From contig OZ024759.1 in NCBI GenBank assembly GCA_964016885.1, positions 4,216,001-4,280,000 on the forward strand: a stretch of DNA of 64,000 nucleotides. The letters run 5' to 3'. A program made the translations under genes and the position numbers. The notes below the pieces were generated by a model that was given only the letters and a program-made list of their open reading frames with translations, searched no databases and was not told where the DNA came from. Source of the DNA: Eledone cirrhosa (Eukaryota). Of the stretch, positions 11,957 to 24,570 are shown piece by piece. How positions within the stretch are numbered: the stretch's first letter is position 1; every line of letters begins with the position of its first letter.

Positions 11957-14567
11957 CCCTTTAGCATTTACATTACCCTGTATTTACTATTGTATTTTCA
12001 TGGTAAAGGCTTTACCTCACATAATTATCTCACGTAGCATTTACATTACTCTGCATTTACTATTGTATTTTAATGGTAAAGGCTTTACCTCACATAACAT
12101 TTACATTACCCTGTATTTACTATTGTATTTTCATGGTAAAGGCTTTACCTCACATAATTATCTCATAACATTTACATTACTCTGTATTTACTATTGTATT
12201 TTCATGGTAAAGGCTTTACCTCACATAATTATCTCACATAACATTTACATTACCCTGTATTTACTATTGTATTTTCATGGTAAAGGTTTTACCTCACATA
12301 ATTATCTCATAACATTTAAATTACTCTGTATTTACTATTGTATTTTCATGGTAAAGGCTTTACCTCACATAATTATCTCACATAACATTTACATTACCCT
12401 GTATTTACTATTGTATTTTCATGGTAAAGGCTTTACCTCACATAATTATCTCATAACATTTACATTACCCTGTATTTACTATTGTATTTTCATGGTAAAG
12501 GCTTTACCTCACATAACATTTACATTACTCTGTATTTACTATTGTATTTTCATGGTAAAGGCTTTACCTCACATAATTATCTCACATAACATTTACATTA
12601 CTCTGTATTTACTATTGTATTTTCATGGTAAAGGCTTTACCTCACATAATTATCTCACATAGCATTTACATTACTCTGTATTTACTATTGTATTTTCATG
12701 GTAAAAGCTTTACCTCACATAATTATCTCATAACATTTACATTACTCTGTATTTACTATTGTATTTTCATGGTAAAGGCTTTACCTCACATAATTATCTC
12801 ACATAACATTTACATTACCCTGTATTTACTATTGTATTTTCATGGTAAAGGCTTTACCTCACATAATTATCTCACATAACATTTACATTACCCTGTATTT
12901 ACTATTGTATTTTCATGGTAAAGGCTTTACCTCACATAATTATCTCATAACATTTACATTACTCTGTATTTACTATTGTATTTTCATGGTAAAGGCTTTA
13001 CCTCACATAACATTTACATTACTCTGTATTTACTATTGTATTTTCATGTTAAAGGCTTTACCTCACATAATTCTCATAACATTTACATTACTCTGTATTT
13101 ACTATTGTATTTTCATGGTAAAGGCTTTACCTCACATAATTATCTCACATAACATTTACATTACTCTGTATTTACTATTGTATTTTCATGGTAAAGGCTT
13201 TACCTCACATAATTATCTCACATAACATTTACATTACTCTGTATTTACTATTGTATTTTCATGGTAAAGGCTTTACCTCACATAATTATCTCACGTAACA
13301 TTTACATTACCCTGTATTTACTATTGTATTTTCATGGTAAAGGCTTTACCTCACATAATTATCTCACATAACATTTACATTACTCTGTATTTACTATTGT
13401 ATTTTCATGGTAAAGGCTTTACCTCACATAATATCTCACATAACATTTACATTACCCTGTATTTACTATTGTATTTTCATGGTAAAGGCTTTACCTCACA
13501 TAACATTTACATTACCCTGTATTTACTATTGTATTTTCATGGTAAAGGCTTTACCTCACATAATATCTCACATAACATTTACATTACTCTGTATTTACTA
13601 TTGTATTTTCATGGTAAAGGCTTTACCTCACATAACATTTACATTACTCTCTATTTACTATTGTATTTTCATGGTAAAGGCTTTACCTCACATAATTATC
13701 TCACATAACATTTACATTACCCTGTATTTACTATTGTATTTTCATGGTAAAGGCTTTACCTCACATAATTATCTCACATAACATTTACATTACTCTGTAT
13801 TTACTATTGTATTTTCATGGTAAAGGCTTTACCTCACATAATATCTCACATAACATTTACATTACCCTGTATTTACTATTGTATCTTCATGGTAAAGGCT
13901 TTACCTCACATAATATCTCACATAATATTTACATTACCCTGTATTTACTATTGTATTTTCATGGTAAAGGCTTTACCTCACATAATATCTCATAACATTT
14001 ACATTACTCTGTATTTACTATTGTATTTTCATGGTAAAGGCTTTACCTCACATAATTATCTCACATAACATTTACATTACCCTGTATTTACTATTGTATT
14101 TTCATGGTAAAGGCTTTACCTCACATAATATCTCACATAACATTTACATTACTCTGTATTTACTATTGTATTTTCATGGTAAAGGCTTTACCTCACATAA
14201 TACCTCACATAACATTTACATTACTCTCTATTTACTATTGTATTTTCATGGTAAAGGCTTTACCTCACATAATTATCTCACATAACATTTACCTTACTCT
14301 GTATTTACTATTGCATTTTCATGGTAAAGGCTTTACCTCACATAATTATCTCACATAACATTTACATTACTCTGTATTTACTATTGTATTTTCATGGTAA
14401 AGGCTTTACCTCACATAATTATCTCACATAATATTGAATCTACAAGATTTTAATATTATTTATTTTGAGAAGAAAACCTTAACATCAGTATGAGTGGCCA
14501 GTTGCAGCTGATTTGAACAGAGGTTAGAGAATTCTGGCCGGATATGGCCAGTTTAAATGCTAAAGGG
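11957..14567 (-). mobile_element. piggyBac-like TTAA MITE with an internal satellite (~35 units of 60/71/73 bp)
   Basis: TTAA|CCCTTTAGCATTTA ... TAAATGCTAAAGGG|TTAA; same body as the 221-bp copy at 24113-24333, opposite orientation (strand is relative to that copy). Confidence 0.9.
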
Positions 14568-15029
14568 TTAAACTGTTTACATTCCATTATAATTTCATGT
14601 AAGAACCTTTGTTAAGTTATATTCCAAACCACCTGAACTGCCCCAGGTTCTATGCTACAAAATTGTTTATTCCAAAGCCTTTATATTATCTAAAAATCTT
14701 CCATCTAATTTCATGTAAGAACCTTTGTTAAGTTACATTCCAAACCACCTGAAACTGCCCTTATTCCACTTTAAGTTTACGGTTCATTTCTTTTTCATTT
14801 AGAATTGTCTCCTGCAAGAACATAGATGAAAATGAATGAAAATGCACAAAAATTCAAACTGGTTATAATCAACAAGTAAAATCTTATTCATTTTTTTTTT
14901 TTTGGCATGGCATTGGAAAAGCATCACACTGTCTAAAAACGTCTGTCTTAAACCAGAAGGCTTGTTAGGCCAATGCTTATCTCGGTTTCATGGCATGAAG
15001 CAACTTGAAGTACAAGACACCTTGCTGTG

Positions 15030-16125
15030 AAGGCACATGTCTTAGTGGTTAGAGCATTGGGTTTGCAATCGAAAGGTTGTGAGTTCAATTCTCGGACCAG
15101 GTGATGTGTTGTTTCCTTGAGCAAGACACTTTATTTCACATTGCTCCAGTTTACTCAGCTGTAGAAATGAAATGATAGGACTGGGGTCCGTATCATTAAA
15201 TTACCCTAGACACCTCCAACGAGATATACCTTGGAGGAGGCCAGCTAAACCTGCATATGTGTGAGCTGTAACAACAACAACCTCGCTGGACAGGACACCA
15301 GTCCATCACAGTGTTAAACCTCCAGCTATTACTGGTACTCATTTTCAGCTATATAATACAATATATTTTTCGTTACGCTGGTGCTTATCTCTGGGAGTAC
15401 AAGTATCGACTGGGAGTACAAGATTCCCCCTGGACAGGACACCAGTCCATCACAGGGTTAAACCTCCAGCTATTACTGGTACTCATTTTCAGCTGAGTAT
15501 ACTGGAGCAATGTGAAGTGAAGTGTTTTGCTCAAGAACACAACATGTAACCCAGCTCAGGAATCGAACCCATGACATTATGATTCTAAGTCCAACACCCT
15601 TACCACTAGGCAATGCACCAAACTGTGCAACTCCTAAATATTTTTGTATCTCCTCGTGTTTGTGTTTTTGTAGTTTTTATGTCAAATGAATTCAGAGCAT
15701 AATCGACATGAGATGATTTCAACTAAAACCTGTTTCCCTATAAATATGAAACACCCTAATATATATGTATATATGTTAAAGGTATATTATAAAGAGAAAG
15801 GACCTGCTGGCTGAGCTCTTGCTCTTTATAAAATAGCCATGCTCTACTACCGCGGGCTTTGTGTTGTGTTCTTGAGCAAGACACTTTATTTCACGTTGTT
15901 CCAGATCACTCAGCTGTGGAAATGGGTTGCGATGTCACTGGTGCCAAGCTGTATCGGCCATTGCCTTTCCCTTGGACAATATCAGTGGCATAGAGAGGGG
16001 AGGCTGTTATGCATGGGCTACTGCTGGTCTTCTACAAAACAACCTTGCCCAGACTTGTGCCTTGGAGGGGAACTTTCTAGACTCAAATTCTATGGTCATT
16101 CGTGACCGAAGGATCTCTTTACCTT
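15030..16125. mobile_element. Cluster of CORE-like tRNA SINE copies and fragments on both strands
   Basis: tRNA head (TAGTGGTTAGAGCA...GAGTTCAATTC) followed by CCTTGAGCAAGACACTTTATTTCACATTGCTCCAGT; reverse copy ~15380-15620. Confidence 0.7.
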
Positions 16126-16236
16126 TTACCCTTACTAACCCATGTATCGAATACTCTGTTCAGTAATGGTCTAACTAGTTTTAAACTGGTTCTATCCTGA
16201 TTTATGTTAAAGGTATAAAGGTATCTATATACTTAT

Positions 16237-16425
16237 GAAAGACCTCCACTTCACACATGCTAAGGCTAGGTCCTGACAGCAGAATTATTGTGATTTTGTT
16301 GCCCTTAACAGGACTAGAACATTGCACATCAATAACTTTTGTCTTCTCTAGATTGGAAATCTTCTCACATATTCTGTGTTTTTTGTCTTTTGATACCAAC
16401 ACTATTATTGAGAATTTATTTTGTG
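16237..16425 (-). CDS. F-type lectin (FTP) domain, C-terminal exon (QNKFSIIVLVSK...VQCSSPVKGNKITIILLSGPSLSMCEVEVF), non-canonical AT donor
   Basis: 189 bp; acceptor ttttctgcag; the CEVEV motif ends at C|ataagt, which would join CLPG as EVEVFQCLPG. Confidence 0.8.
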
Positions 16426-17705
16426 CTGCAGAAAAACATGGTAAGAAAGTTAAAACAAAAAACAATTAGCAATGGTATTTGGTGGTGGTGGTAGTGGGGA
16501 TGGTGGTGAGGAGGAGGGAGATTTGGGTAAAGTTTAGTCAAAAACTGATTGGCAAACATGGGCTTGGACGAGTGCAAGATTTAGGGCACATGAAGCCCTG
16601 TGCTAGTTATGTTATGAGGCCTCTTACTCGTAAAAAATTCATCATAAAAAATTGTGCCAAATTTAGAATTAACCCTTTAGCATTTAAACCGGTTGTATTC
16701 GGCCAGAATTTTCTCAACTCTTTCTATTCAAACTGGCTGTAACTGGACACTCATACTTATATTAAGGTATTGTTCTCAAAATAAATAACATCAAAATCTC
16801 ATAGATTCGATATTATGTGAGATAATTATGAGGGCGGTGGTTTGGCAGTATCGGTAGAGGGTCGGACGCCATGCTTTGCCGCATAGAGTTACGGCCCTTT
16901 ATGATTTTAGTTCAATCCCGCCGAGGTTAACTTTGCCTTTCATCCTTATGGGGTTGATAAAATAAAGTACCAGTCACTCACTAGGGTCGATTTAATCGAC
17001 GTTCGCCTACCCCAAAATTGCTGGCCTTGTGCCTATATAAAAAACCATTATGTGAGATATTATGTGAGGTAAAGCTTTTACTGTGTAAATACAATAGTAT
17101 ATATAGAGTAATGTAAATGTTATGTGAGGTATTATGTGAGGTAAAGCCTTTACTGTGACAATACAATAGTATATATAGAGTAATGTAAATGTTATGTGAG
17201 ATATTATGTGAGGTAAAGCCTTTACTGTGACGATACAATAGTATATATAGAGTAATGTAAATGTTATGTGAGGTATTATGTGAGGTAAAGCCTTTACTGT
17301 GACAATACAATAGTATATATAGAGTAATGTAAATGTTATGTGAGATATTATGTGAGGTAAAGCCTTTACTGTGAAAATACAATAGTATATATAGAGTAAT
17401 GTAAATGTTATGTGAGATATTATGTGAGGTAAAGCCTTTACTGTGAACATACAATAGTATATATAGAGTGGTTTCTTTATTTGCCACTAGGGCACAAAAG
17501 GTAGGGACAGATACAAGGGGGGATGTTTACATATAATTAACGAGTACAAAAATATAACAATGAAATAACAACAACAAACGAAGTCCTCAATAGGGAGGGG
17601 GCATTAACATGGGTCGCACACACCCCGGAAAAATGTGCAACCCTTCTCCTCAGGAGCACAAAGAGTAGGTGATTCCCTCGTCTCCTCTTTTTCCTCTTCT
17701 TTCAC

Positions 17706-20700
17706 CTACAGGCTGATATAGAGAGAAGACCCATTCACTCTGGTCATTCTCCCTACTTTCACCCACCTTTCATAAAACTTGCTGGGGTAGAGCACCTCTC
17801 TCTCCATTCTGATCCTTCTTTTAAAATGGTATTTGAAAAAGGGGACCAGTTGTTGGCCGGAGAGATAGGTGTCTGACCTCAGCCCTTTCAGCCTCGTCCA
17901 CCATACAACTTCTTTAGCCATGGCTATCACACAGAGAAAAACCGCCTCTCCTTCGTTTTTGAAAGGGGGAGGCGGTTTGATTGTGACAATGGACTCGGTG
18001 GTCAACCGGATTGGTCCCACCTTCGACAGTAGTCGTTCCACATAGCCCCACAGGTCAGCAATGCCTGGGCAGTGTACGAATGCGTGCGCAACCATTTCGT
18101 CATCATGCACGCATCTCGGACAGATCTTATTCAAAGGATCCCTACCCAAGCTCCCATGCCTGGAGCTTGTCTCGAACGGGTAGAGCCCCTCGGTAGCACT
18201 GCCAAGCCAGGGACTTTTGGATGTTGTCCATCGGTCCAGGGCCAAACGTCCTACCGAACAGACTGGCCAGTTCATCTTCCTCCATGCCTAGAGCTTCTCC
18301 GAGAGCATCGTCGCACCTGCTGCGTACCAACCCTCTATAGAATGTCGAGGTGGAGTCTCCACTGATTGCCGGGTCCGCTTTCCAGAGGGCCGTGAGCGCC
18401 TGGGCACATTCAATGTGCCAGTCGCCCACTTTTCTCGGTCTTTGCTTGACCCATGATTGCAGCTCGGTGAGCGAGACGAGTCTGGGAAAGGCTCGCCTCA
18501 CAAACGGGGCCCACACCGGTTGACCGGTGAGGAATACCTGGAGGTGCCGTAGCCTTAATGCGTGTTTACGCATCTGTAGCCATGGCATCCCCAGCCCTCC
18601 TTTCGAAGGGTGTTGACAGCAGATGGATCTCCTCCCCAAAGGGGTCCGCTTGTTCCAAAGAAATTGGAACAGCGCGCACTCCATTTTGGCGAGTCTTTTC
18701 ACTGGGCAAGGCACGACGGTCAAGCGGTAGTAGATGACGGATGCTATATAAGTATTCGCCACCTCCGCTCGACCTTTCAGGGATAGTTTGCACTGGGCCC
18801 ACACCCTGGCCGTTACCTTGTTCCAGTTTTTCTCCACCTGGAGGTCTGGTCCGAACGAGACCCCAAGCAGCTTCACCGGGCCCTCTGTCCAGCGTCCGAC
18901 GACCTCGTTGGAGGGCATCGGTTTGCCTCTCCATGTTCCGAGTTGCAAACCGACGGACTTGTCCCGGTTCAGCTTGGCTCCTGTAAACCTTTCATATTCC
19001 TCCAGTAAGGTGCCAATTTGCGAGGTTTTCGACACCATTACTGTCACGTCATCGGCGTAGGCCGACGCCGCTTTCTGCAATCCCGGTTCCAAAGTGATGC
19101 CCTGCAACCGCTCCAACTTCCGCAGTAGTGGCTCAAGAGCCAGCACATACAGAAGGGAGGAGAGAGGGCATCCCTGTCCGATGGATCGCATGATTTGGAA
19201 CGGCTCCGAGAGGTGGCCGTTCACCTTGACCCTTGAGCAGACGTTGCTGCTGTGCATCGCAGCAATCCAACCCCTGAAAACGGGTCCGAAGTCTGCCGCC
19301 GTGAGCACCGCATCCAGGTAACGATGGTCAACCCTATCGAAAGCTTTAGATTGATCCAAGTTGATCAGGGCCCCACTAAAGCCGGGTTCATTCCCTACCC
19401 TCTCTATGATGTATCGCATAAGGTGGAGATTGTCGTGAATGGACCTGGACGGGATTGCGCATGTCTGCGCTTCTCCCACCAGGTTTCCGACGACAAGCGC
19501 CAACCTCTTCGCTAACACCTTGGCCAAAATCTTTAACTCTGTATTTAGCAGAGTTATGGGCCTGAAGTTACTTATGTCATCCCCCTTGTTCTCACCCTCC
19601 TCACCAGCGTAACTACGCCCTTGGTCACAGAACTGGGAATTCTCCCGTTCTGCTGCCAGTTGCAGTAGACCGCTTCGAGGATATCAGAGAACAAGTCCGG
19701 CATCGCTACATATAGCTCGTAAGGTAGACCATCGACACCCGGGGATTTGCGTTTGCCGCTTTGGCTCAGCGCCGCCCCTATCTCAGCAGCTGAAATCGGC
19801 CTTTCGCAGGACTTCGCCTCCGCGTCCGAGAGGCGCGGCAGACCGTCGAGGTATGGATTGAAATCCATAGGCTCACCCGGCGCGCCGCCCCTCTCGAACA
19901 GTCATGCAAAGTGCCACTGAAAGGCCGCACACATCTGCCCAGGTTCAAGGATCACACGCCCATCCTGGTCCTTCAAAGACCGAATCGTGGACTTGTTACC
20001 ACTTTTTGCCTCTGTCACTCGGGCCCAGCTAACAGCTTTGGCTCCCTCATTACCCAGAGCACGTATTTTACTCCTGACAACGCAGCCTTCATGCTTCACC
20101 TCAAAGAACTGGTCTAAGGCCATTCTTGATGCCAGCACGCTGGCTACATTGCCACTCCTAATCGCCTCATCTACTCTATCTACTAATTCCCTTTCCGTCT
20201 TGTTCCTATCCCTTGCTAATTCCTGACTAAAACCTATCGATTCTATTCTAATTGCTCTCTTAAGAGAGATCCACCACCTGTTGTTGACAATTGCCCCTGT
20301 CAAACTCTGCTTAACTAACGTGCTAATCCATTTACTGTAAGCTTTGCTTGTCGGTAAGGACAAGTTCAGCTTCCAGTAACCGGGTCCCTGTCTATGGGTT
20401 CTATCAAGGTTGGCTATGCAGGTCACTAACTTGTGATCCGAATAGTCAACCATGAACATTTTTGGACAGCTAAATGTGTCCCTATCCTTCTCTCTAACTA
20501 GGATCCTATCTAGGTACGACCTAGAGCCGCTGCGATTGGTCCACGTCCATAGTGGTACAGTCGGAAAATCTAGTCGATATCTATCGGCCAGGTCAAATCG
20601 GCCAATTAACCGTTTGAGGCTTTTACACCCCTCTGTATTGGCACATGCCCCTACATAGTCCCAACGTGCATCCAGGATACCATTCCAGTCCCCCACTAAA

Positions 20701-21110
20701 AGCAAGGAGCTGGACGTTCCCAGAAAAGTTTCCAGATGTTGGAAGTATTCCGGCCGTGCTGCCCAAAAAGGGGCGTACGCAGCAATTAGTCTAAGGGCTC
20801 CACTTTCACTACTGCCGACTTCTAAAACCACCAGTCGACCCTCCGGGTCCAGGTGCACCTTCTGTATGGTGAGGCTCAGGTATTTTCGCAGCAGAACGAC
20901 AACTCCACCCCCACCCCCCGGTTGACAGAGAGATGCGAAGATCTCAAAGTCGTCGAAGAGGGGCGCCAGTTGGCGCTCGCTGCTGATCCTGGACTCGCAA
21001 ATAGCCATTACATCCATTCTATGCGACCTGAGATCGTTTAAAAGTTTGCCTTGTTTCCAAGACAGTCCCAGGCCGCGTACATTCAGACACCCAACTCTTA
21101 TATCAGCCAT
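17706..21110 (-). pseudogene. Tx1 ORF2: APE endonuclease + reverse transcriptase + C-terminal CxxC..H..C motif, disrupted
   Basis: LNVRGL, GDWNG, SYLDR, YSDH, GPGYWKLN, KSPGVDGLPYE, DQSKAFDRV, GQGCPLS, AYADD, GGLGMP, CPRC..E..HAFVHC; breaks at ~19902, ~19590 and ~18170. Confidence 0.9.
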
Positions 21111-21115
21111 GTTGG

Positions 21116-22879
21116 TTAAAAGAGGAAGGACCTACCTGTTCGGCTCCTGAGGAGCAGGTTGCACAATATCCATGGGCGTATTGGAGGGATTGTTTGGTGG
21201 GGTGTTGTTTTGTGGTGGGGTGGGGTGGGGGTGTTTGGTGAGGTGTGGGTGGGGAAACGTTTCAAGAGGACGCGGTTATAGGGTCGAGTACATGTTTTCC
21301 CCACGTCCTCAGGAAAGTTCTCTCTTAGTTTTGCATAGGTGTCCATTGGGAGTCTTATCATTTTTAAATGCGGTTTGTTGGCCGCGCTTGCAAAGAATTG
21401 CCCTTCAGTTTCCACCGAAGGGTCTTTGTGTATTGTTTTTACTAGTTCTCTGTTATTTGTGTTAATGTATGTATACTGTTTTATTTGTGTTGTGTTTGTT
21501 TGTTGTTCTTGTGTGTGCTTGCGTTTTGTTGTATGTGTTATGTTTTGGGGCGGGGCGGATTTTGTTTGTTCTGTTTGTTTTGTTTTTGTTGGTGGTTGTG
21601 TGTTTCTTTCATTTATGTTCGAGTGGTGCTTTCTTTTTTTCCTTTTTACAGGTTGGAAGGGTCCCCCCCTCTTCGTCACTAGGTGCTATTTCAGCTGGGT
21701 CCTCGTCCGTGCTGTCGGGTAGTGGTGTATTTTGGGGTTTTGTTGTGTTTGTGTGTGTTTTTGGAGTTGTTTTGGGTGGGGCCGTGTCTTGTGTTATTTT
21801 TCCGTGTTGTTTTTTGTTGTTGTTGTGGTGGTGGTAGTGGTGGTGGTGGCGGTGGTAGTGTGTGGGGTGTAGGCAAAAGAGCCTTTTTTTTGTCAATTGA
21901 GGGCAGGCAGCCCTTAGATGACCCCTGCTTGAACAGTAGTAACATATGGGCCTCCTACCCTGGGCTGAAATGTATATAAATGTTTCTCCATCGAGGGACA
22001 CCCTCTGTGGTATTCTAGCTATTCGTTCTGGTCTCATTTGGACCAGAACCTCCACGCTCAAACCGCAGAAAACGTCTGTGGTGACTTCTCCTACTGAAAG
22101 GATTCCGTCCTCGTCTTCTAAAAATCCTGTTAGTACCCAGGAAATGCATTAATTTGGCCGGATTCCGGAGACTCTTATTTTCTGCGTTCTTTTCCCCAAA
22201 TATGTGGGGAGAAATGTGTGTAGCTTGGAAACAATTGGCGACACAGAGTATTTCCTGGCCGTCAATTGATCCTTCATTAGCACCGTTATATTCCCATAGA
22301 GTGGCCCTTTTTGTATGAACGATATATCACTCCACACACTTTTTAGGACCAGCTCAATTTCTTTTGGGATAATTGAGCTGGTTTCCTTGTTATGTTGGAA
22401 ATTGTTCTGAAAGATATCGTTCTTAGTGTCGTGTCTCTTTTGATTTCTTGTGGGGAGGTGATTGTGAAGTCTCCTCCTTCTTTGAAAGTTACATACTGTT
22501 TTGCTTCCTTCATCTTTTCTCTCAGAGTTGTAATGTCCAGTTGCTTGCAGGTCTGTGTTTTCCGGACCGCCTGTGCAAAGGAGGCACCAGTAGTGGGTTT
22601 GCTTTGTTTGGTGTTATCGTTATTTTTTCCTTGGTTGGTGTTGTGACTATTGCTGTTGTTGATCATGCTGTTATTGTCATTGTTGTTTTTGTCTGCGTTT
22701 ATGTGACTTTCTGGGTTTTCACCCATTTTTACAAATTTTTCTTTTAATTCCGTGTTCCATGTTTCTTTATCAGAAGTGAGGAGGGAAGACTTAGAGCCTT
22801 GTGCTTCTAGCTTCTCTGTATCACCTTTCTTAGGGGGCGTGGCTTTCTTGTTAGGATGAGATGTGAAAATTCCGTCCAT
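21116..22879 (-). pseudogene. Tx1 ORF1 (gag-like, single zinc knuckle), frameshifted
   Basis: CYYCSSRGHLRAAC knuckle, SFAQAV motif, low-complexity linkers; split across ORFs 22343-22972, 22149-22337, 21609-22061 and 21116-21679. Confidence 0.75.
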
Positions 22880-23906
22880 TTCTATCAGTTTGCCGTAATA
22901 AATATTTAAAAGGAAAATTCGCCCCAAAAAGGGGCGAAAATAAATAAACTCAAAGTTTGACGACCAAGGCAAGGGGTTAACGTATATTACAGTATAAAAA
23001 AATTAATCAAAACTCACTTTTGAGTAAGTAAATCCAACTCGGTAGCCGAGCTTGTTCACACACGTCAACACACGTCTCTCGTATACGAGATGTTATGTGA
23101 GATATTATGTGAGGTAAAGCCTTTACTGTGAAAATACAATAGTATATATAGAGTAATGTAAATGTTATGTGAGATATTATGTGAGGTAAAGCCTTTACTG
23201 TGAAAATACAATAGTATATATAGAGGAATGTAAATGTTACGTGAGATATTATGTGAGGTAAAGCCTTTACTGTGAAAATACAATAGTATATATAGAGTAA
23301 TGTAAATGTTACGTGAGATATTATGTGAGGTAACGCCTTTACTGTGAAAATACAATAGTATATATAGAGTAATGTAAATGTTATGTGAGGTATTATGTGA
23401 GGTAAAGCCTTTACCACAAAAATACAATAGTATATATAGAGTAATGTAAATGTTATGTGAGGTATTATGTGAGGTAAAGCCTTTACTGTGAAAATACAAT
23501 AGTATATATAGAGTAATGTAAATGTTATATGAGGTATTATGTGAAGTAAAGCCTTTACTGTGAAAATACAATAGTATATATAGAGTAATGTAAATGTTAT
23601 GTGAGGTATTATGTGAGGTAAAGCCTTTACCACAAAAATACAATAGTATATATAGAGTAATGTAAATGTTATGTGAGAGATATTGTGAGGTAAAGCCTTT
23701 ACTGTGAAAATACAATAGTATATATAGAGTAATGTAAATGTTACGTGAGGTATTATGTGAGGTAAAGCCTTTACTGTGACAATACAATAGTATATATAGA
23801 GTAATGTAAATGCTAAAGAGTTAAAACATAACTTAACAAATGTTCTTACATAAAGTTAGGATAGAAGGTTTTAAGATAGTTATAAACATTTTATCATAAA
23901 CTAAGA

Positions 23907-24450
23907 TGCGTGGCTCTGTGTTTAGAGTATTCGCCTCACAATCGTAAGGTCATGAGTTTGTTTACCAGCGGAGTGTTGTGTCCTTGAGCAAGACACTTTA
24001 TTTCATATTATTCCAGTTCACTCAGCTGGCAAAAATGAGTTGTACCTGTAATTCAAAGGGTCAGCCTTGTCACACTCTGTGTCATGCTGAATCTCCCTGA
24101 GAGCTATGTTAACCCTTTAGCATTTAAACTGGCCATATCCGGCCAGAATTCTCTCACATCTTTCTGTTCAAACCAGCCATAACTGGCTGCTCATACTTAT
24201 GTGAAGGTATTGTTCTCAAAATATATAATATCAAAATCTCATAGATTTGATATTATGTGAGATAATTATGTAAGATAAAGCCTTTACCACAAAAATGTAA
24301 TATTAGATATGGAGTAATGTAAATGCTAAAGGGTTAAGGGTATGCATGTCTGTGGAATACTCAGCCACTTGCACGTTAATTTCATGAACAGGCTGTTCCA
24401 GTAATAGTGTCAACTGGAACACTCATTGTTGTAACCGACAGTGCCAGTTC
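23907..24450 (+). mobile_element. CORE-like SINE split by a TTAA MITE
   Basis: TGTCCTTGAGCAAGACACTTTATTTC core; the flanks ccctgagagctatg/gggtatgcatgtc align with the uninterrupted copy at ~56870-56910. Confidence 0.75.
24113..24333 (+). mobile_element. 221-bp monomeric piggyBac-like MITE
   Basis: 14-bp TIR CCCTTTAGCATTTA with TTAA on both sides. Confidence 0.92.
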
Positions 24451-24570
24451 AAGTTCAAGGGGTAGAGTTGATTCAGACAGTTTGGTATCCAAACAGTTAA
24501 ACAATTAGGAACATGTGTGTTTCATGCCAATTATAAATAAATGTCTTTAGTAAATGGTGACATTCTAGAA

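Larger units (their letters stand above)
17470..23089 (-). mobile_element. Full-length but decayed Tx1/L1-group LINE (~5.6 kb)
   Basis: 5'UTR, ORF1 with CCHC knuckle, ORF2 APE-RT-zinc motif, 3' end AATAAAGAAACC; several stops and frameshifts. Confidence 0.9.
16673..23820 (+). mobile_element. piggyBac-like TTAA MITE with a 71-bp satellite (~6 + ~10 units), a nested SINE (~16830-17045) and a nested Tx1 LINE
   Basis: TTAA|CCCTTTAGCATTTAAA at 16669 and TAAATGCTAAAGAG|TTAA at 23820; the arrays at 17049-17469 and 23090-23810 are the reverse complement of the 12-14.4 kb array. Confidence 0.88.

Noticed and set aside
11957-14430. Regular arrays resembling CRISPR (also 40.6-42.2 kb and 57.0-58.7 kb)
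   Set aside because: No unique spacers, no cas genes, eukaryotic context; these are plain tandem repeats.
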